This document shows, in pieces, positions 1 through 12,955 of a DNA stretch of 64,000 bases. This stretch comes from Prasinococcaceae sp. CCMP 1430. Its lineage: Eukaryota > Plantae > Prasinodermophyta. Both the position numbers and the translations under genes were made by a program. The DNA lies in assembly GCA_013416795.1 (NCBI GenBank), contig RQSC01000010.1:235437-299436 (forward strand). The letters run 5' to 3'. A model generated the notes under the pieces. It did not search any database. It was given only the letters and a program-made list of their open reading frames with translations, and was not told where the DNA came from. How positions within the stretch are numbered: the stretch's first letter is position 1; each line of letters starts with the position of its first letter.

Positions 1-770
1 ACATTCGGGTTCACTGTAATTTGTTGATCAACAGAAATTACATCACCAACTTTAACTAGTAATTCAGGACCATTTGGAATTACCTGCGTTTCAATTTCAC
101 CATTTGCAGTCTCAATACTTAACGTACGACCAACTTTTTTCTCAACAGTAATATCTGTAATTTTACCAGCTAATTCTGCTGTAAATAAATTGTTATTACT
201 CTTTGAACCATCTGGATAAATTTGTCCACGTCCACGGTTTCCACCAACATAAACAGGATACTTTAAAAAGTCAACTTGTTTGTTAGTTGCAGGATTTGGG
301 GATAAAATTGGGAAAGAGATTTCTTGGTTACGTTTACCAGGAATTGGACCGATAACAAACATATTTGGTTGATCAGCACTATATGGTGAGAAAAATAATC
401 CTTTTGTTTTCGCCTGTAATTCTGCTGGCATACGATCTGCTGGTGCTAATTCAAATCCTTCTGGAAAAATAACTACAGCTCCAACATTTAGACCACCTGT
501 TTTACCATTACCTAGTACTTGCTTTACAGAAACATCGTAAGGGATTTTTACTACGGTTTCGAAAACTGTGTCAGGAAAAACCTCATGAGGAATTTCAATA
601 TCGGTAACTTTTTTTGCTAAGTGACAGTTAGCACAAACAATACGTCCTGTTGCTTCGCGTGGTGTTGCATAGTTTTGTTGTGCAAAAATTGGGTAAGCTT
701 CACTTGGTAGTGTTGAGCCAAGAAGAAGACCCATTGCTAAAATTTGTACGCGTAAAGATTTTAAAATCAT
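1..770 (-). CDS. petA: Cytochrome f (3' end runs off the window start)
   Basis: Manual translation from ATG at 770: MILKSLRVQ...[29 protein letters not shown] (heme CxxCH motif); not in the ORF track because truncated. Confidence 0.97.
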   Translation of the reverse strand, partial: MILKSLRVQILAMGLLLGSTLPSEAYPIFAQQNYATPREATGRIVCANCHLAKKVTDIEIPHEVFPDTVFETVVKIPYDVSVKQVLGNGKTGGLNVGAVVIFPEGFELAPADRMPAELQAKTKGLFFSPYSADQPNMFVIGPIPGKRNQEISFPILSPNPATNKQVDFLKYPVYVGGNRGRGQIYPDGSKSNNNLFTAELAGKITDITVEKKVGRTLSIETANGEIETQVIPNGPELLVKVGDVISVDQQITVNPN

Positions 771-881
771 GAAAAATATTAGAAAAACTTTCGTAAAAAA
801 TTGATTGTTTATAAAATCAACTTCATATGTAAAACTATAATTCTATTAAGTAGTATATAATAAGATTTGTATTTTGGAGCA

Positions 882-953
882 AGCGGGTGACGCGATTCGA
901 ACGCGCGACATTTGACTTGGAAGGACAACGCTCTACCACTGAGCTACACCCGC
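882..953 (-). tRNA. trnG: tRNA-Gly(UCC)
   Basis: Cloverleaf GCGGGTG...CACCCGC, anticodon loop CTTCCAA. Confidence 0.93.
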
Positions 954-1072
954 ATATATATATATTTTGTATTAATATATATAATACCGAAAAATAAAAA
1001 AAAAAGCAAGTAAAAGGTTTAATTTTTTATTTTCATTAAACTTATGTTATACTTGAATTACTGAGAAATACA

Positions 1073-1146
1073 GGGCTTGTAGCTCAGTGGACTAGAGCAC
1101 GTGGCTACGAACTACGGTGTCGGGGGTTCGAATCCCTCCTTGCCCG
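1073..1146 (+). tRNA. trnR: tRNA-Arg(ACG)
   Basis: Cloverleaf, anticodon loop CTACGAA, GGTTCGAATCC T-arm. Confidence 0.95.
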
Positions 1147-1370
1147 CAATTATCTATATACAATATATGTATCTATTATTTTAATAAATTTGATTTAATT
1201 AACCTAAAAAGTATAAATTATAAAAAATATTTTAATATTTAATAAAATCTAAATTATTTTTTAAATAAAGCCATAAAAAATTAAAACCATTGTATAATAA
1301 TATTTAGAAACATATATTAAGGTTTTTTCCTTAAGACTTTAATATTGAGAACAAGATAACAATTTAATAA

Positions 1371-2447
<1,077 letters not shown>

Positions 2448-2473
2448 TTCAAGATTCAAGTTTAGCAATCTAT

Positions 2474-2505
2474 TTTAGTGGTTCCCAATATTGGGAACTA
2501 CTAAA
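2474..2505. terminator. Palindromic stem-loop between convergent psbA and trnC
   Basis: tttagtggttcccaat/attgggaactactaaa with one G-T pair. Confidence 0.75.
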
Positions 2506-2551
2506 TTTAAATTAAATAAAATTTCTTTTAACAACTTAAGAATTAAAAAAA

Positions 2552-2622
2552 AGGCGGCACCCAGATTCGAACTGGGGATAAAAGATTTGCAATCTTCTGC
2601 CTTACCACTTGGCGATACCACC
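2552..2622 (-). tRNA. trnC: tRNA-Cys(GCA)
   Basis: Cloverleaf, anticodon loop TTGCAAA. Confidence 0.94.
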
Positions 2623-2733
2623 TTATATATAATTAAGTATAACAATTCTGTTAAATAAAAATCAAGAGAAAACCTTTAAATCATTAAATATTGACAAATT
2701 AAGTAATACATGTTATTATACTAATTATATAGA

Positions 2734-2807
2734 GGGATTGTAGTTCAACTGGTTAGAGCACCGCCCTGTCACGGCGGAAGTTGCGGGTTCAAATCCCGTC
2801 AATCTCG
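2734..2807 (+). tRNA. trnD: tRNA-Asp(GUC)
   Basis: Cloverleaf, anticodon loop CTGTCAC. Confidence 0.95.
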
Positions 2808-2814
2808 TCTCTAA

Positions 2815-2887
2815 ACGCTCTTAGTTCAGTTGGTAGAACATCGGTCTCCAAAACCGAGTGTCGTGGGTTCAAGTCCTACAGAGCGTG
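2815..2887 (+). tRNA. trnW: tRNA-Trp(CCA)
   Basis: Cloverleaf, anticodon loop CTCCAAA. Confidence 0.95.
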
Positions 2888-2951
2888 TTTAAACCTTACT
2901 ATTGACAATGTAAGGTCTATTATGATAACATTGAAACAATAAAGATCTAGA

Positions 2952-3024
2952 GCCCCCATCGTCTAGAGGCCTAGGACACCTCCCTTTCACGGAGGCGACA
3001 CGAGTTCGAATCTCGTTGGGGGTA
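2952..3024 (+). tRNA. trnE: tRNA-Glu(UUC), copy 1
   Basis: Cloverleaf, anticodon loop CTTTCAC. Confidence 0.96.
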
Positions 3025-3146
3025 ATTTATAAAATCATTATTATTTGACTTTTTAAACATTTTAAGCTATACTATATAAAAGCTAATAAGAAAATATAAA
3101 TCCCTAGCATACAAATCTTGTAATTTCGTATGTTCACATAATATAA

Positions 3147-3401
<255 letters not shown>

Positions 3402-3452
3402 ATTTCTATTTGTTAAGATAATTCAAAAATTATCTTAACAAATATAGCTTTA

Positions 3453-3538
3453 GGAAAGGTGGCAGAGTTGGTCGATTGCACTGGTCTTGAAAACCAGCAT
3501 AGTTAATCCTATCGAGGGTTCGAATCCCTCCCTTTCCG
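3453..3538 (+). tRNA. trnS: tRNA-Ser(UGA)
   Basis: Cloverleaf with long variable arm, anticodon loop CTTGAAA. Confidence 0.94.
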
Positions 3539-3582
3539 TATAAAAACAAATAATCTTATTTACTTTATCACTCTTTATTTTT

Positions 3583-6159
3583 ATGAAATTCTATAAAACA
3601 CGATCAAAAACAATAGTAGAATCTATTTTTAAACAGTTTCAAACTCAAAGCAGAAAATTATATTATAAACAACGAACAAATTTACCAATAAAAAAATTTG
3701 CAAAACCAATTAAAAAAACGTTGATGCGTCCAACCAATTATGCATATTTTTTTTTATATTTTTCAATTATTAGTTATCTTAGTTTACAAGGTTTAACAAA
3801 AGCAACATCGTTAATTCCAGGAATTAATCAACCAAGTTTAGTCTATCAATTAAAAGCCTTACGCAAATTACGAAAACAAAAACGAATCTTTCATAAAAAA
3901 AAATGGATTTATGGGGCTCCATTACATAATCAAAATATTTTAATTGAACGAGATAAAACGAAATCTTGGGGATTACCAAAAAATTATAGAAAAAATGTTG
4001 ATACTCTTAAAAACAAATATGTTTTAATACCAACCCAAAACTCAAAGATTGAAAATTTTGTACGTTATTCTTTAACTTCAGGACAACGAACAACTGTTAC
4101 ACAGTTAGTAACTGTTAGAGGAAATGATCGTTTTTTTGGAAAAGAAAATATTTCAATTATTTACCCACCATTACATCCACGTATTTTACGTTTATATTTG
4201 AAAGATAAAACAACAAGTTTACAACAAGATAAACAAATTTTACAAAATATTCATGCTTCGTGGTATGAAAAAGTATTTGAAACAATTTTTTTTAAAGATA
4301 CTTTCGGGCGTTTAAGTTTTTTAATGATCTTAAACTTGTGGACTTTACTATGTTTTTGTATTTTTATTCAACAAATTATTGAAGGATTTTGTTTTACATT
4401 AGTAAATGATGGAGATCAAAAACCCTTAATTGATGATGATCCATTTAGTGATTATATTTTACCCTCTAATTTAATTCTTCCAGAAAATAATACAAAAAAT
4501 TTTTTTAATGGTGTTCCAACTGGAGTGGCAACTAATGAATTAAAACCATTAATTCAAAAATTACAAGCTCAGCCTCGAAATATTTTCGTTAAAGTTTTTC
4601 AACAACGAACTGATAATATCACAGTTGCTAAAGGTATTATTTTTGTTGGAGGATTTGAAAAGGGCGGGTCTCACTTCGCTCAAGCTTTAGCCGGAGAGGC
4701 AAAAATCCCATTTATTCGTATCCCAGCTAGTCAATTTTTACTATCAAATATTCAAGAAGGTTTATTACTAATGCGTATTATTTTTTATTACGCGAAAACA
4801 ATGTCCCCAGCCATGTTACATATCGATGATATTGATATTTTTTGTGGTTTACGAAGTTCTTTGGATCTAACATCAAAAACAAAAAAATCTTCTCTTTTTT
4901 CACTTGACTATACATCTAAATCGGACGACGCTAAAACGTCTAAGAGTTTATCAAAAAGTAATTTTACTAAAGCTTTTCAAGCCTTTAAAAAACAACAGGA
5001 AAAATCCTATAAACATTTTATTTCCTTTTCATTAGAAAATAATTTTCCAGTAGTAGAAACTGAAAAAATAGTAGACTCAAAATTTGACTTTGAACATAAT
5101 TCAAATGACCCGTCACAGACTAAACAAAGTTTAAGTGAAGATGACTTAACTACTCTATTAAACCAACTCTTAATTGAATTAGATGGAGCTATTCCAACAC
5201 AAGCTTCATTAATTACTACAGCAACAGCAGAAAAAATTACAACCCTTGAACCTGCATTAATTCGCCCTGGTCGTTTATCAACACATATTGAATTTGATTA
5301 TTTATATAATTTAGATAGAGAAAAAATTATTAAATCTTTACTATTTAAACATAAAACAAAAACAACCATTCCATGGTATTTATTTGCTAGTCAATTAAAA
5401 GATTTTCAATATATATCAATTAAACAAATTGTTGAAAATGCCATTTATTATTCACAAGTTTTTTCGAAAACCCCAAATTTAATTGAATTAAATAGTCTTC
5501 TTTTTGCGAAACAAAAATTTTTATTAATCCAAGAATTACAATTAAAAGAATTAAAAAATACTACACGTTTTAATTTAAAAAGTAAATTTATTGAAGATGT
5601 AACAACAGAATTTGTACAAAAAAATAAAGAAGTTAATTTAGAAACTTTACCTACATTTATTAATACAGATATGTCTTTGATTCCTTATTTATATCAAAAT
5701 TTTGATGAAAATAAAGTAAATGCACCTCAGACAACATATCAAGTTTTAAATAAATTACATGGTTTATTTTTATTATATATTAGTGAGAATCTATGGAATC
5801 AGCAACAAGTTACAGAAAATACGAATCAATATCAATCAGTGTTATATCTATTGACACGAAATTTAATTCAAGATAATGTAACTATTTCTGATTCAAAAAC
5901 ATTTCATTATTTATCAGCGTTCCTTCAGTTTAATCGATCAACTGAAATAAATCATGTTGATAAATTTACTGACTTAAAAACATTAAATTTAATTGATGTA
6001 TTTGGAAATATGCAGTTTATTTCTCAATGGAAACAAACAAATGAACTGGATCCAAGTGATATTGAAGATTTAGAGTTATTAATTATTGCAATGCGTTATT
6101 TAATGATTGAGTATCATGCATATTTATCATATGGGTTATATAAACAATTAGCTAAATAA
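3583..6159 (+). CDS. ftsH: Divergent FtsH/Ycf2-like AAA protein
   Basis: Two hydrophobic segments, AQALAGEAKIPFI, Walker-B-like LHIDDID, LLNQLLIELDG, second region of homology LEPALIRPGRL. Confidence 0.8.
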   Translation: MKFYKTRSKTIVESIFKQFQTQSRKLYYKQRTNLPIKKFAKPIKKTLMRPTNYAYFFLYFSIISYLSLQGLTKATSLIPGINQPSLVYQLKALRKLRKQKRIFHKKKWIYGAPLHNQNILIERDKTKSWGLPKNYRKNVDTLKNKYVLIPTQNSKIENFVRYSLTSGQRTTVTQLVTVRGNDRFFGKENISIIYPPLHPRILRLYLKDKTTSLQQDKQILQNIHASWYEKVFETIFFKDTFGRLSFLMILNLWTLLCFCIFIQQIIEGFCFTLVNDGDQKPLIDDDPFSDYILPSNLILPENNTKNFFNGVPTGVATNELKPLIQKLQAQPRNIFVKVFQQRTDNITVAKGIIFVGGFEKGGSHFAQALAGEAKIPFIRIPASQFLLSNIQEGLLLMRIIFYYAKTMSPAMLHIDDIDIFCGLRSSLDLTSKTKKSSLFSLDYTSKSDDAKTSKSLSKSNFTKAFQAFKKQQEKSYKHFISFSLENNFPVVETEKIVDSKFDFEHNSNDPSQTKQSLSEDDLTTLLNQLLIELDGAIPTQASLITTATAEKITTLEPALIRPGRLSTHIEFDYLYNLDREKIIKSLLFKHKTKTTIPWYLFASQLKDFQYISIKQIVENAIYYSQVFSKTPNLIELNSLLFAKQKFLLIQELQLKELKNTTRFNLKSKFIEDVTTEFVQKNKEVNLETLPTFINTDMSLIPYLYQNFDENKVNAPQTTYQVLNKLHGLFLLYISENLWNQQQVTENTNQYQSVLYLLTRNLIQDNVTISDSKTFHYLSAFLQFNRSTEINHVDKFTDLKTLNLIDVFGNMQFISQWKQTNELDPSDIEDLELLIIAMRYLMIEYHAYLSYGLYKQLAK

Positions 6160-6178
6160 TCTGGTATATATGTCTTAG

Positions 6179-6234
6179 TTTATTAAAAAAGTTTTTACGA
6201 AATAAAAAGATTTCGTAAAAACTTTTTTAATAAA
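6179..6234. terminator. 25-bp inverted repeat between convergent ftsH and minD
   Basis: tttattaaaaaagtttttacgaaat-6 nt-atttcgtaaaaacttttttaataaa. Confidence 0.85.
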
Positions 6235-6249
6235 TAAAATACCATAATT

Positions 6250-7065
6250 TTATTTGTTCATTAATAAATTTTTGGCAAATTGAAATGGAGATTTATATGG
6301 AGTCTCTAAATTAATTAAAGCTTCATCCATACCTAATAAACGCTGTGCTGCGTTTTCCATAGCTAAACCAGACAGCGTTAAGCGTTTACGACTAACTAAC
6401 GGCTTTCCTCGGTTAGTTGCAACAATAACTTGATTATCTTCTGGAATAACTCCTAATAAAGGAATACCTAATAAATCTTGAACATCATTAATTGCAAGCA
6501 TATTATTACCTTTAATCATATCTGTACGAACACGATTAATAATTAATTTATTATCGAATAAATTATTCGCTTCTAATAAACCAATCACACGGTCAGCATC
6601 ACGAATAGCAGTAATTTCGGGAGTTGTAATTAAAATTGCTTCACTCGCGGGTGAAATAGCATTTAGAAATCCAATATCAATTCCTGCGGGACAATCAATC
6701 AAAATAAAATTATAATCACGTTCTTGTAATGAATCAACAAGCATCGTCATACTTGAACGACTAATATTATAACGTTGACGGGTTTTTGAGATGGCTAACA
6801 ATGATAAATTTGACCATGTTTTATCTTTTACTAAGGCCTGTTCTAAAGTACAATTTTCATTAAAAACATCCATTGCAGTAAAAACAATACGTTTTTCCAA
6901 ACCTAATAATAAATCGAGATTACGTAAACCAATATCCGCATCTAATAAAACTACACGTTGTCCTAGTCGAGCAAGGGACATTCCAATATTTGCAGTTAAA
7001 GTTGTTTTACCTACACCACCTTTTCCAGATGTAACAACAATAACTCGAGTTTTTTGTTCTTTCAT
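6250..7065 (-). CDS. minD: Septum site-determining ATPase MinD
   Basis: VTSGKGGVGKTT, DADIGLRNLDLLLGLE, IDCPAGI, TPEITAIRDADRV. Confidence 0.98.
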   Translation of the reverse strand: MKEQKTRVIVVTSGKGGVGKTTLTANIGMSLARLGQRVVLLDADIGLRNLDLLLGLEKRIVFTAMDVFNENCTLEQALVKDKTWSNLSLLAISKTRQRYNISRSSMTMLVDSLQERDYNFILIDCPAGIDIGFLNAISPASEAILITTPEITAIRDADRVIGLLEANNLFDNKLIINRVRTDMIKGNNMLAINDVQDLLGIPLLGVIPEDNQVIVATNRGKPLVSRKRLTLSGLAMENAAQRLLGMDEALINLETPYKSPFQFAKNLLMNK

Positions 7066-7079
7066 AAACTATATTAAAT

Positions 7080-8246
7080 TTAAATAGAGATAACTTTTTT
7101 TTCTTTTTGGGGTAACACGGGTCGGCTATTTTCATAAAATAACCTTACACTTAAACTAAAGAGACAAATACAAGCTAATTGAGCATTTCCACCATAACTA
7201 ACGAAAGGTAAAGGAATGCCGGTAATTGGTAATAAATTGCATGTTACACCTAAATGTATACATGTTTGAAGAATTAAAAAAAGGAAACAACCAAGTGTAA
7301 TTATTACATCAGGTTTTTTTATTAATTTTATGAAATTTGATAGATAAAAACTAGTATAAACTGATAAAAAAAGAAAAAAAAACATACTACCAAATATTCC
7401 AAAATTTTCTAAAAAAACAGAAAAAATAAAATCCGCATAATAAACAGGTAATGATTCAAAGGTTGTTTGTCCACAACCGATCCCTAAGCCAAAAAACCCA
7501 CCTCGAATAATGGTTTCAAAACTTTGATTAAGTTGTGTTATATTCATATTAGTTGATTCACTACCTAACGTTTGAATAAATGAAATAATCCGATTAAGTT
7601 GATACGGATGCAAAAAGATATTGAATAAAATAAAACTTAAACAAAATCCTATACCTAATATTAAATGTTTATACGAAAGTTGTTGTAAAAAAATAATAAT
7701 AAATAAAATACTGAGATATAATAAGCCTGATGCAAAATCAGGTTGTAAAAAAATCCCTAAAAATGTACCAAGGGTAATTAAACCTAAAAAAACGAATTCT
7801 TTATACTTTAATTCTGTCGTTTTTGTTAAAAGTTGACTTAAACATAAAAGGAAAAATGGTTTTTCAATTTCAACGGGCTGGTATAAAAGTGGTCCTATTT
7901 CAACCCAACGACGGGCACCATTAATAGAAAAATTTGTTAGTAGTGTATAATTAATGGCTAATAAATTTATAGTTGTTCCTATTTTCCCAATTAAAAAAAA
8001 ATATCTTTTTTTCATTTTGAACAATGCTATAATAATTACAAAACTTAAGATCGTCCAACAAAATTGTTTTTTTATAAAAAATAAACTATTTTTATAAATT
8101 ACAGCGGATGGAAAACCAGTTGTACTATAAAGGATAAATAAACCAAAAGTAATCCAAAAAAGATAAATCCAAATTAACCAATACAGTGAAACTGAAGTGG
8201 ATTGAAGGACTAATTGATAATGTAGTAATTGTTTTTGTATTTTCAA
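7080..8246 (-). CDS. ftsW: SEDS-family peptidoglycan glycosyltransferase FtsW (TTG start)
   Basis: Multi-TM; GARRW, QPVEIEK, QPDFAS, YADFIFSVFLENFG, TGIPLPFVSYGG. Confidence 0.92.
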   Translation of the reverse strand: MKIQKQLLHYQLVLQSTSVSLYWLIWIYLFWITFGLFILYSTTGFPSAVIYKNSLFFIKKQFCWTILSFVIIIALFKMKKRYFFLIGKIGTTINLLAINYTLLTNFSINGARRWVEIGPLLYQPVEIEKPFFLLCLSQLLTKTTELKYKEFVFLGLITLGTFLGIFLQPDFASGLLYLSILFIIIFLQQLSYKHLILGIGFCLSFILFNIFLHPYQLNRIISFIQTLGSESTNMNITQLNQSFETIIRGGFFGLGIGCGQTTFESLPVYYADFIFSVFLENFGIFGSMFFFLFLSVYTSFYLSNFIKLIKKPDVIITLGCFLFLILQTCIHLGVTCNLLPITGIPLPFVSYGGNAQLACICLFSLSVRLFYENSRPVLPQKEKKVISI

Positions 8247-8552
8247 GGTTGAGACATTTATATATCTTTAGTAATTTTAAGTTAATGTTTGGTGCTTTCG
8301 GCACTATTATATACCTATATAATATACTTTATTTGGAAATAATTTTGTTAAGGAAAGTTTAGTTTTTTAAAAATTAAAGAAGATTATTCTATTATATGAT
8401 ACTATATGGTATAATATACAAAGAATATAACGAATAGGTTAAAATTCTCCCTCACTGGGATTTCTTTTTACTTAAAATATTTATTAAAATATGACAAGTA
8501 ACATTTTTTGTTAAAGAAAATTAACAAAAAAATTTTTATTCGGAGAAAATTT

Positions 8553-8741
8553 ATGCTTCTAATTTTTCAACTAGCAACATTTGCACTAATTTTTGTTTCT
8601 TTTGGTTTAGTAGTTGGAGTTCCTGTATCATTAGCTTTACCAGACGGTTGGTCATCAGCTAAAGGTACAGTATACTCTGGCCTTGGTTTATGGTTTGCTC
8701 TAGTATTCCTTGTTGGAATTTTAAACTCTTTTGTTATTTAA
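8553..8741 (+). CDS. psbZ: Photosystem II PsbZ
   Basis: [25 protein letters not shown]...GILNSFVI; GGAG SD upstream of ATG 8553. Confidence 0.96.
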   Translation: MLLIFQLATFALIFVSFGLVVGVPVSLALPDGWSSAKGTVYSGLGLWFALVFLVGILNSFVI

Positions 8742-8764
8742 TTTCTTTAATTTAAATAGCGCGC

Positions 8765-8804
8765 TTAAGAATATGTGATTTGTATACAAATCACATATTC
8801 TTAA
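8765..8804. terminator. Perfect 40-bp palindrome between convergent psbZ and trnV
   Basis: ttaagaatatgtgatttgta/tacaaatcacatattcttaa. Confidence 0.8.
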
Positions 8805-8827
8805 CATTTAATAAATTTCTATAAAAT

Positions 8828-8900
8828 TGGGGATAAACGGGCTCGAACCGCTGACATTCTGCTTGTAAGGCAGACGCTCTACCAACTGAGCTATATCCCC
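8828..8900 (-). tRNA. trnV: tRNA-Val(UAC), intronless
   Basis: Cloverleaf, anticodon loop CTTACAA. Confidence 0.95.
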
Positions 8901-9192
8901 TTCTGTAGTCTAATTGTAACATAAAAATTTTAAAATAACAAATTTTAAAAAATTTTTATACATGATAAACCTTTAAACAAACTCTTTGTTTTTTTTTTAA
9001 TTTTCAGTATACTATCTCTATAAGGGGGAGATAATATAAAAAATAGTTTTCTAAAAATTATTTTAATCTAGATCCTAGATTACTCGCTCTAGATACAGAT
9101 ATTTTACTTAAATGTTGTACCGGTACAACAAGATAATATCTATAAATAACATTATAATATATATAGAATTATAATAGGCAAGGAGAGAATTT

Positions 9193-9942
9193 ATGGTCTT
9201 TGAATTATCGACATATTTTAATGATATGCCTAGTGTGATGGACTTAGCTGCGGTTGAAGTCGGAAAGCACTGGTATTGGTCAGTTGGAGATTTCCAATTA
9301 CATGGTCAAGTTCTAGTTGTATCATGGTTTGTAATTAGTTTAATTACAATCGTTATTGCACTAGGTACTAGTGATTTAAAATTATTACCAGAAAAATATT
9401 TACAAAACTTAGTTGAATATCTTTTTGAATATATTCGAGATATTGCTAAAACACAAATTGGTGAAGAAGAGTATCAAACATGGATTCCATTCATTGGTAC
9501 TTTATTTGTCTTTATTTTTGGTTGTAACTGGACAGGAGCTTTAATTCCATGGGGAATTATTGAGATCCCAAGTGGTGAATTAGCTGCACCAACAAATGAT
9601 ATTAATACAACAGCTGCATTAGCTTTATTAACATCAATTGCATATTTTACAGCTGGTTTACGTAAAAAAGGATTTGGATATTTCCAAAAATATGTAGAAC
9701 CAACACCAATTTTATTACCAATTAACGTTCTGGAAGATTTTACGAAACCATTATCGTTAAGTTTCCGTTTATTTGGTAACATTCTAGCAGATGAACTAGT
9801 TGTTGGGGTATTATTATCATTAGTCCCACTAGTAATTCCAATTCCAATTATGCTACTAGGTTTATTTACAAGTGCAATTCAGGCTCTTGTATTTGCAACA
9901 CTGGCTGGAGCTTATATTGGTGAAGCATTAGAAGGGCATTAA
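9193..9942 (+). CDS. atpI: ATP synthase CF0 subunit IV (a)
   Basis: [26 protein letters not shown]. Confidence 0.98.
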   Translation: MVFELSTYFNDMPSVMDLAAVEVGKHWYWSVGDFQLHGQVLVVSWFVISLITIVIALGTSDLKLLPEKYLQNLVEYLFEYIRDIAKTQIGEEEYQTWIPFIGTLFVFIFGCNWTGALIPWGIIEIPSGELAAPTNDINTTAALALLTSIAYFTAGLRKKGFGYFQKYVEPTPILLPINVLEDFTKPLSLSFRLFGNILADELVVGVLLSLVPLVIPIPIMLLGLFTSAIQALVFATLAGAYIGEALEGH

Positions 9943-10044
9943 ATCTCCAAATTTTTTTTTTAGAGAATTTTATTTAAGAAGATGGAATATTTTATAGTGG
10001 TTATTGATTATAAAATGATAACCGATATTGCAGGATGATTGTAA

Positions 10045-10305
<261 letters not shown>

Positions 10306-10331
10306 TAACTTTTAAAAATTTGTTATTATTT

Positions 10332-10369
10332 TAGTATAAGAATAAAGATTTTTCTTTATTCTTATACTA
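10332..10369 (+). terminator. 17-bp stem-loop between atpH and atpF
   Basis: tagtataagaataaaga-tttt-tctttattcttatacta. Confidence 0.75.
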
Positions 10370-10398
10370 TTACCTTTTATAGCTTTCACAAAACATTT

Positions 10399-10932
10399 AT
10401 GTATTCTGATTTATTAACACTAGCCAACATTGACCTTGGTAATGGTTTTGGGATTAATACAAATATCCTAGAAACAAACATTATTAACCTTAGTGTTGTT
10501 ATTACTATCGTTATTTACGCAGTAGGCGGTGCTTTAACAGGTTTACTTGAAAATCGAAAGCGTCTTATTGTTGAATCTTTTAATAAAGCAGACCTTGAAT
10601 ATCAAAATATTCAAGAATCTTTAACACAAGCTGAAGAATTTTATAAACAAGCTGAAGAAAAAGCTTCGGAAATTAAAATTCAAGGAAAAGAAAAAATTCA
10701 ACAATTAAAAACGTTTTTAATTGATCAAGCAAAAGAAGATAAAGCTCGTTTAGAAGCAACTAAAGAAAGTACACTTAAAGTAGAACAAGAACGAGTATAC
10801 ACTAGTATTCGTGCGAGTATCAGTGCACGTGCTATTCAAGGTGCTTTAACTCAATTAGAAACTACTTTAGATAAAGATACACAACTTCGTGTACTTGATA
10901 AAACAATTCCAAACCTAACTGCTTTAAAATAA
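10399..10932 (+). CDS. atpF: ATP synthase CF0 subunit I (b), intronless
   Basis: GFGINTNILETNIINL; position in atpI-H-F-A cluster. Confidence 0.96.
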   Translation: MYSDLLTLANIDLGNGFGINTNILETNIINLSVVITIVIYAVGGALTGLLENRKRLIVESFNKADLEYQNIQESLTQAEEFYKQAEEKASEIKIQGKEKIQQLKTFLIDQAKEDKARLEATKESTLKVEQERVYTSIRASISARAIQGALTQLETTLDKDTQLRVLDKTIPNLTALK

Positions 10933-11008
10933 AGAGTTATTTTTAACAAACAATTTTTATTGTATAGATGATTTATAAGGAATATTTTCTAAAAGACAAA
11001 ATTTAATT

Positions 11009-12532
11009 ATGGTAGCAATTCGCCCTGATGAGATTAGTAGCATTATTCGTCAACAAATTGAAGATTATGCATCTACAGTAAAAGTTACAAATGTAGGTAC
11101 AGTTCTACAAGTTGGAGATGGTATTGCACGTGTATATGGTTTAAACAAAGTAATGGCTGGTGAGCTATTAGAATTTGAAGATGGTACTGTAGGTATCGCA
11201 CTAAACTTAGAAGCTGACAACGTTGGTGTTGTACTTATGGGTGGTGGTTTCGAAATTCAAGAAGGTAGTTCAGTAAAAGCAACTGGTAAAATTGCCCAAA
11301 TTCCTGTAGGAGAAGGGTTCTTAGGCCGTGTTGTAGATGCACTAGCACGACCTGTTGATGGAAAAGGTGATATTACACCTGATGATAGTCGTTTAATCGA
11401 ATCTCCAGCACCAGGTATTATTTCACGTCGTTCAGTTTATGAACCACTACAGACGGGTCTTGTAGCTATTGACGCAATGATTCCAATCGGTCGTGGTCAA
11501 CGTGAGCTTATTATTGGTGACCGTCAAACTGGTAAAACAGCTGTAGCCATTGATACAATTATTAACCAGAAAGAAACTGGTGTTATTTGTGTATACGTAG
11601 CTATTGGTCAAAAAGCATCTTCTGTTGCTCAAATTGTTACTTCATTAGAAGAAGCTGGTGCATTAGAGAATACAATTATTGTTGCTGAAAACGCTGATTC
11701 TCCAGCGCCATTACAGTACTTAGCTCCTTATACTGGTGCTGCTTTAGCAGAATATTTTATGTACACAAACCGTCATACTCTGGCGATTTATGATGATTTA
11801 TCTAAGCAAGCTGCTGCTTACCGTCAAATGTCTCTTTTATTACGTCGTCCACCAGGTCGTGAAGCGTACCCTGGAGATGTATTCTACTTACACTCACGTT
11901 TACTTGAACGTGCAGCTAAGCTAAGTGATGCATTAGGCGAAGGAAGTATGACAGCATTACCTGTGGTAGAAACACAAGCAGGGGATGTATCGGCGTATAT
12001 TCCAACAAATGTTATTTCTATTACTGATGGTCAGGTATTCTTATCAGGTGATTTATTCAACTCAGGTATCCGTCCAGCAATTAACGTAGGTATTTCAGTT
12101 TCTCGTGTTGGTTCAGCTGCGCAAATTAAAGCTATGAAGCAAGTAGCTGGTAAATTAAAGTTAGAATTAGCACAGTTTGCTGAATTAGAAGCTTTTTCAC
12201 AGTTTGCTTCAGATTTAGATAAAGCAACTCAAAACCAGCTAGCTCGTGGACAACGTCTACGTGAATTACTTAAGCAAGCACAAGGTGCTCCACTTTCAGT
12301 TCCACAACAAGTAGTTACTATCTACACAGGAATTAATGGGTATCTTGATGATGTTGAAGTAGCAGATGTTCGTGAATTCTTATCAGGACTTCGTGAGTAT
12401 GTTGGTACAAGTGCTACAGGAATTATTGATAGCATTAATTCTTCTAAGAAATTTGATGATGATGCAGAAGCTATGTTATTAGAAGCAATTGCAACATATA
12501 AAGAAAGTTTCTTTGCTTCTAAAAAAGGTTAA
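11009..12532 (+). CDS. atpA: ATP synthase CF1 alpha
   Basis: [30 protein letters not shown]. Confidence 0.99.
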   Translation: MVAIRPDEISSIIRQQIEDYASTVKVTNVGTVLQVGDGIARVYGLNKVMAGELLEFEDGTVGIALNLEADNVGVVLMGGGFEIQEGSSVKATGKIAQIPVGEGFLGRVVDALARPVDGKGDITPDDSRLIESPAPGIISRRSVYEPLQTGLVAIDAMIPIGRGQRELIIGDRQTGKTAVAIDTIINQKETGVICVYVAIGQKASSVAQIVTSLEEAGALENTIIVAENADSPAPLQYLAPYTGAALAEYFMYTNRHTLAIYDDLSKQAAAYRQMSLLLRRPPGREAYPGDVFYLHSRLLERAAKLSDALGEGSMTALPVVETQAGDVSAYIPTNVISITDGQVFLSGDLFNSGIRPAINVGISVSRVGSAAQIKAMKQVAGKLKLELAQFAELEAFSQFASDLDKATQNQLARGQRLRELLKQAQGAPLSVPQQVVTIYTGINGYLDDVEVADVREFLSGLREYVGTSATGIIDSINSSKKFDDDAEAMLLEAIATYKESFFASKKG

Positions 12533-12643
12533 TTTTCATTAATTAACTCTCTCTTTATTTGTCAAGTAAACAAAACATTTACTTGACAAATATTATTCTT
12601 TTATTGTATACTTAAATAAATAAATAAGTTAATTAATAATTCA

Positions 12644-12716
12644 GCCGAGATAGCTCAGTTGGTAGAGCAGCGGATTGAAAATCCGCGTGTCACCAGTTCG
12701 ACTCTGGTTCTTGGCA
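12644..12716 (+). tRNA. trnF: tRNA-Phe(GAA)
   Basis: Cloverleaf, anticodon loop TTGAAAA. Confidence 0.95.
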
Positions 12717-12955
12717 TAAAATTTATGATATTGTTCTCATTTTGTATATTTTTTGATTATCTTTCTGAATAATCATATAACTATATGAATAAATTATAAA
12801 TTTTTATTTATGCATAAATAAAAATTATTATTATGATAGTGTATACTAATCACTAATATTGAGCTTATGCTCCCGGAATAGATGTATGACTAGATATTCT
12901 AATTTTATAGATTCTAGATAAAAGAGCCTATCTTTACTAAAACTTAAAAAACTTT

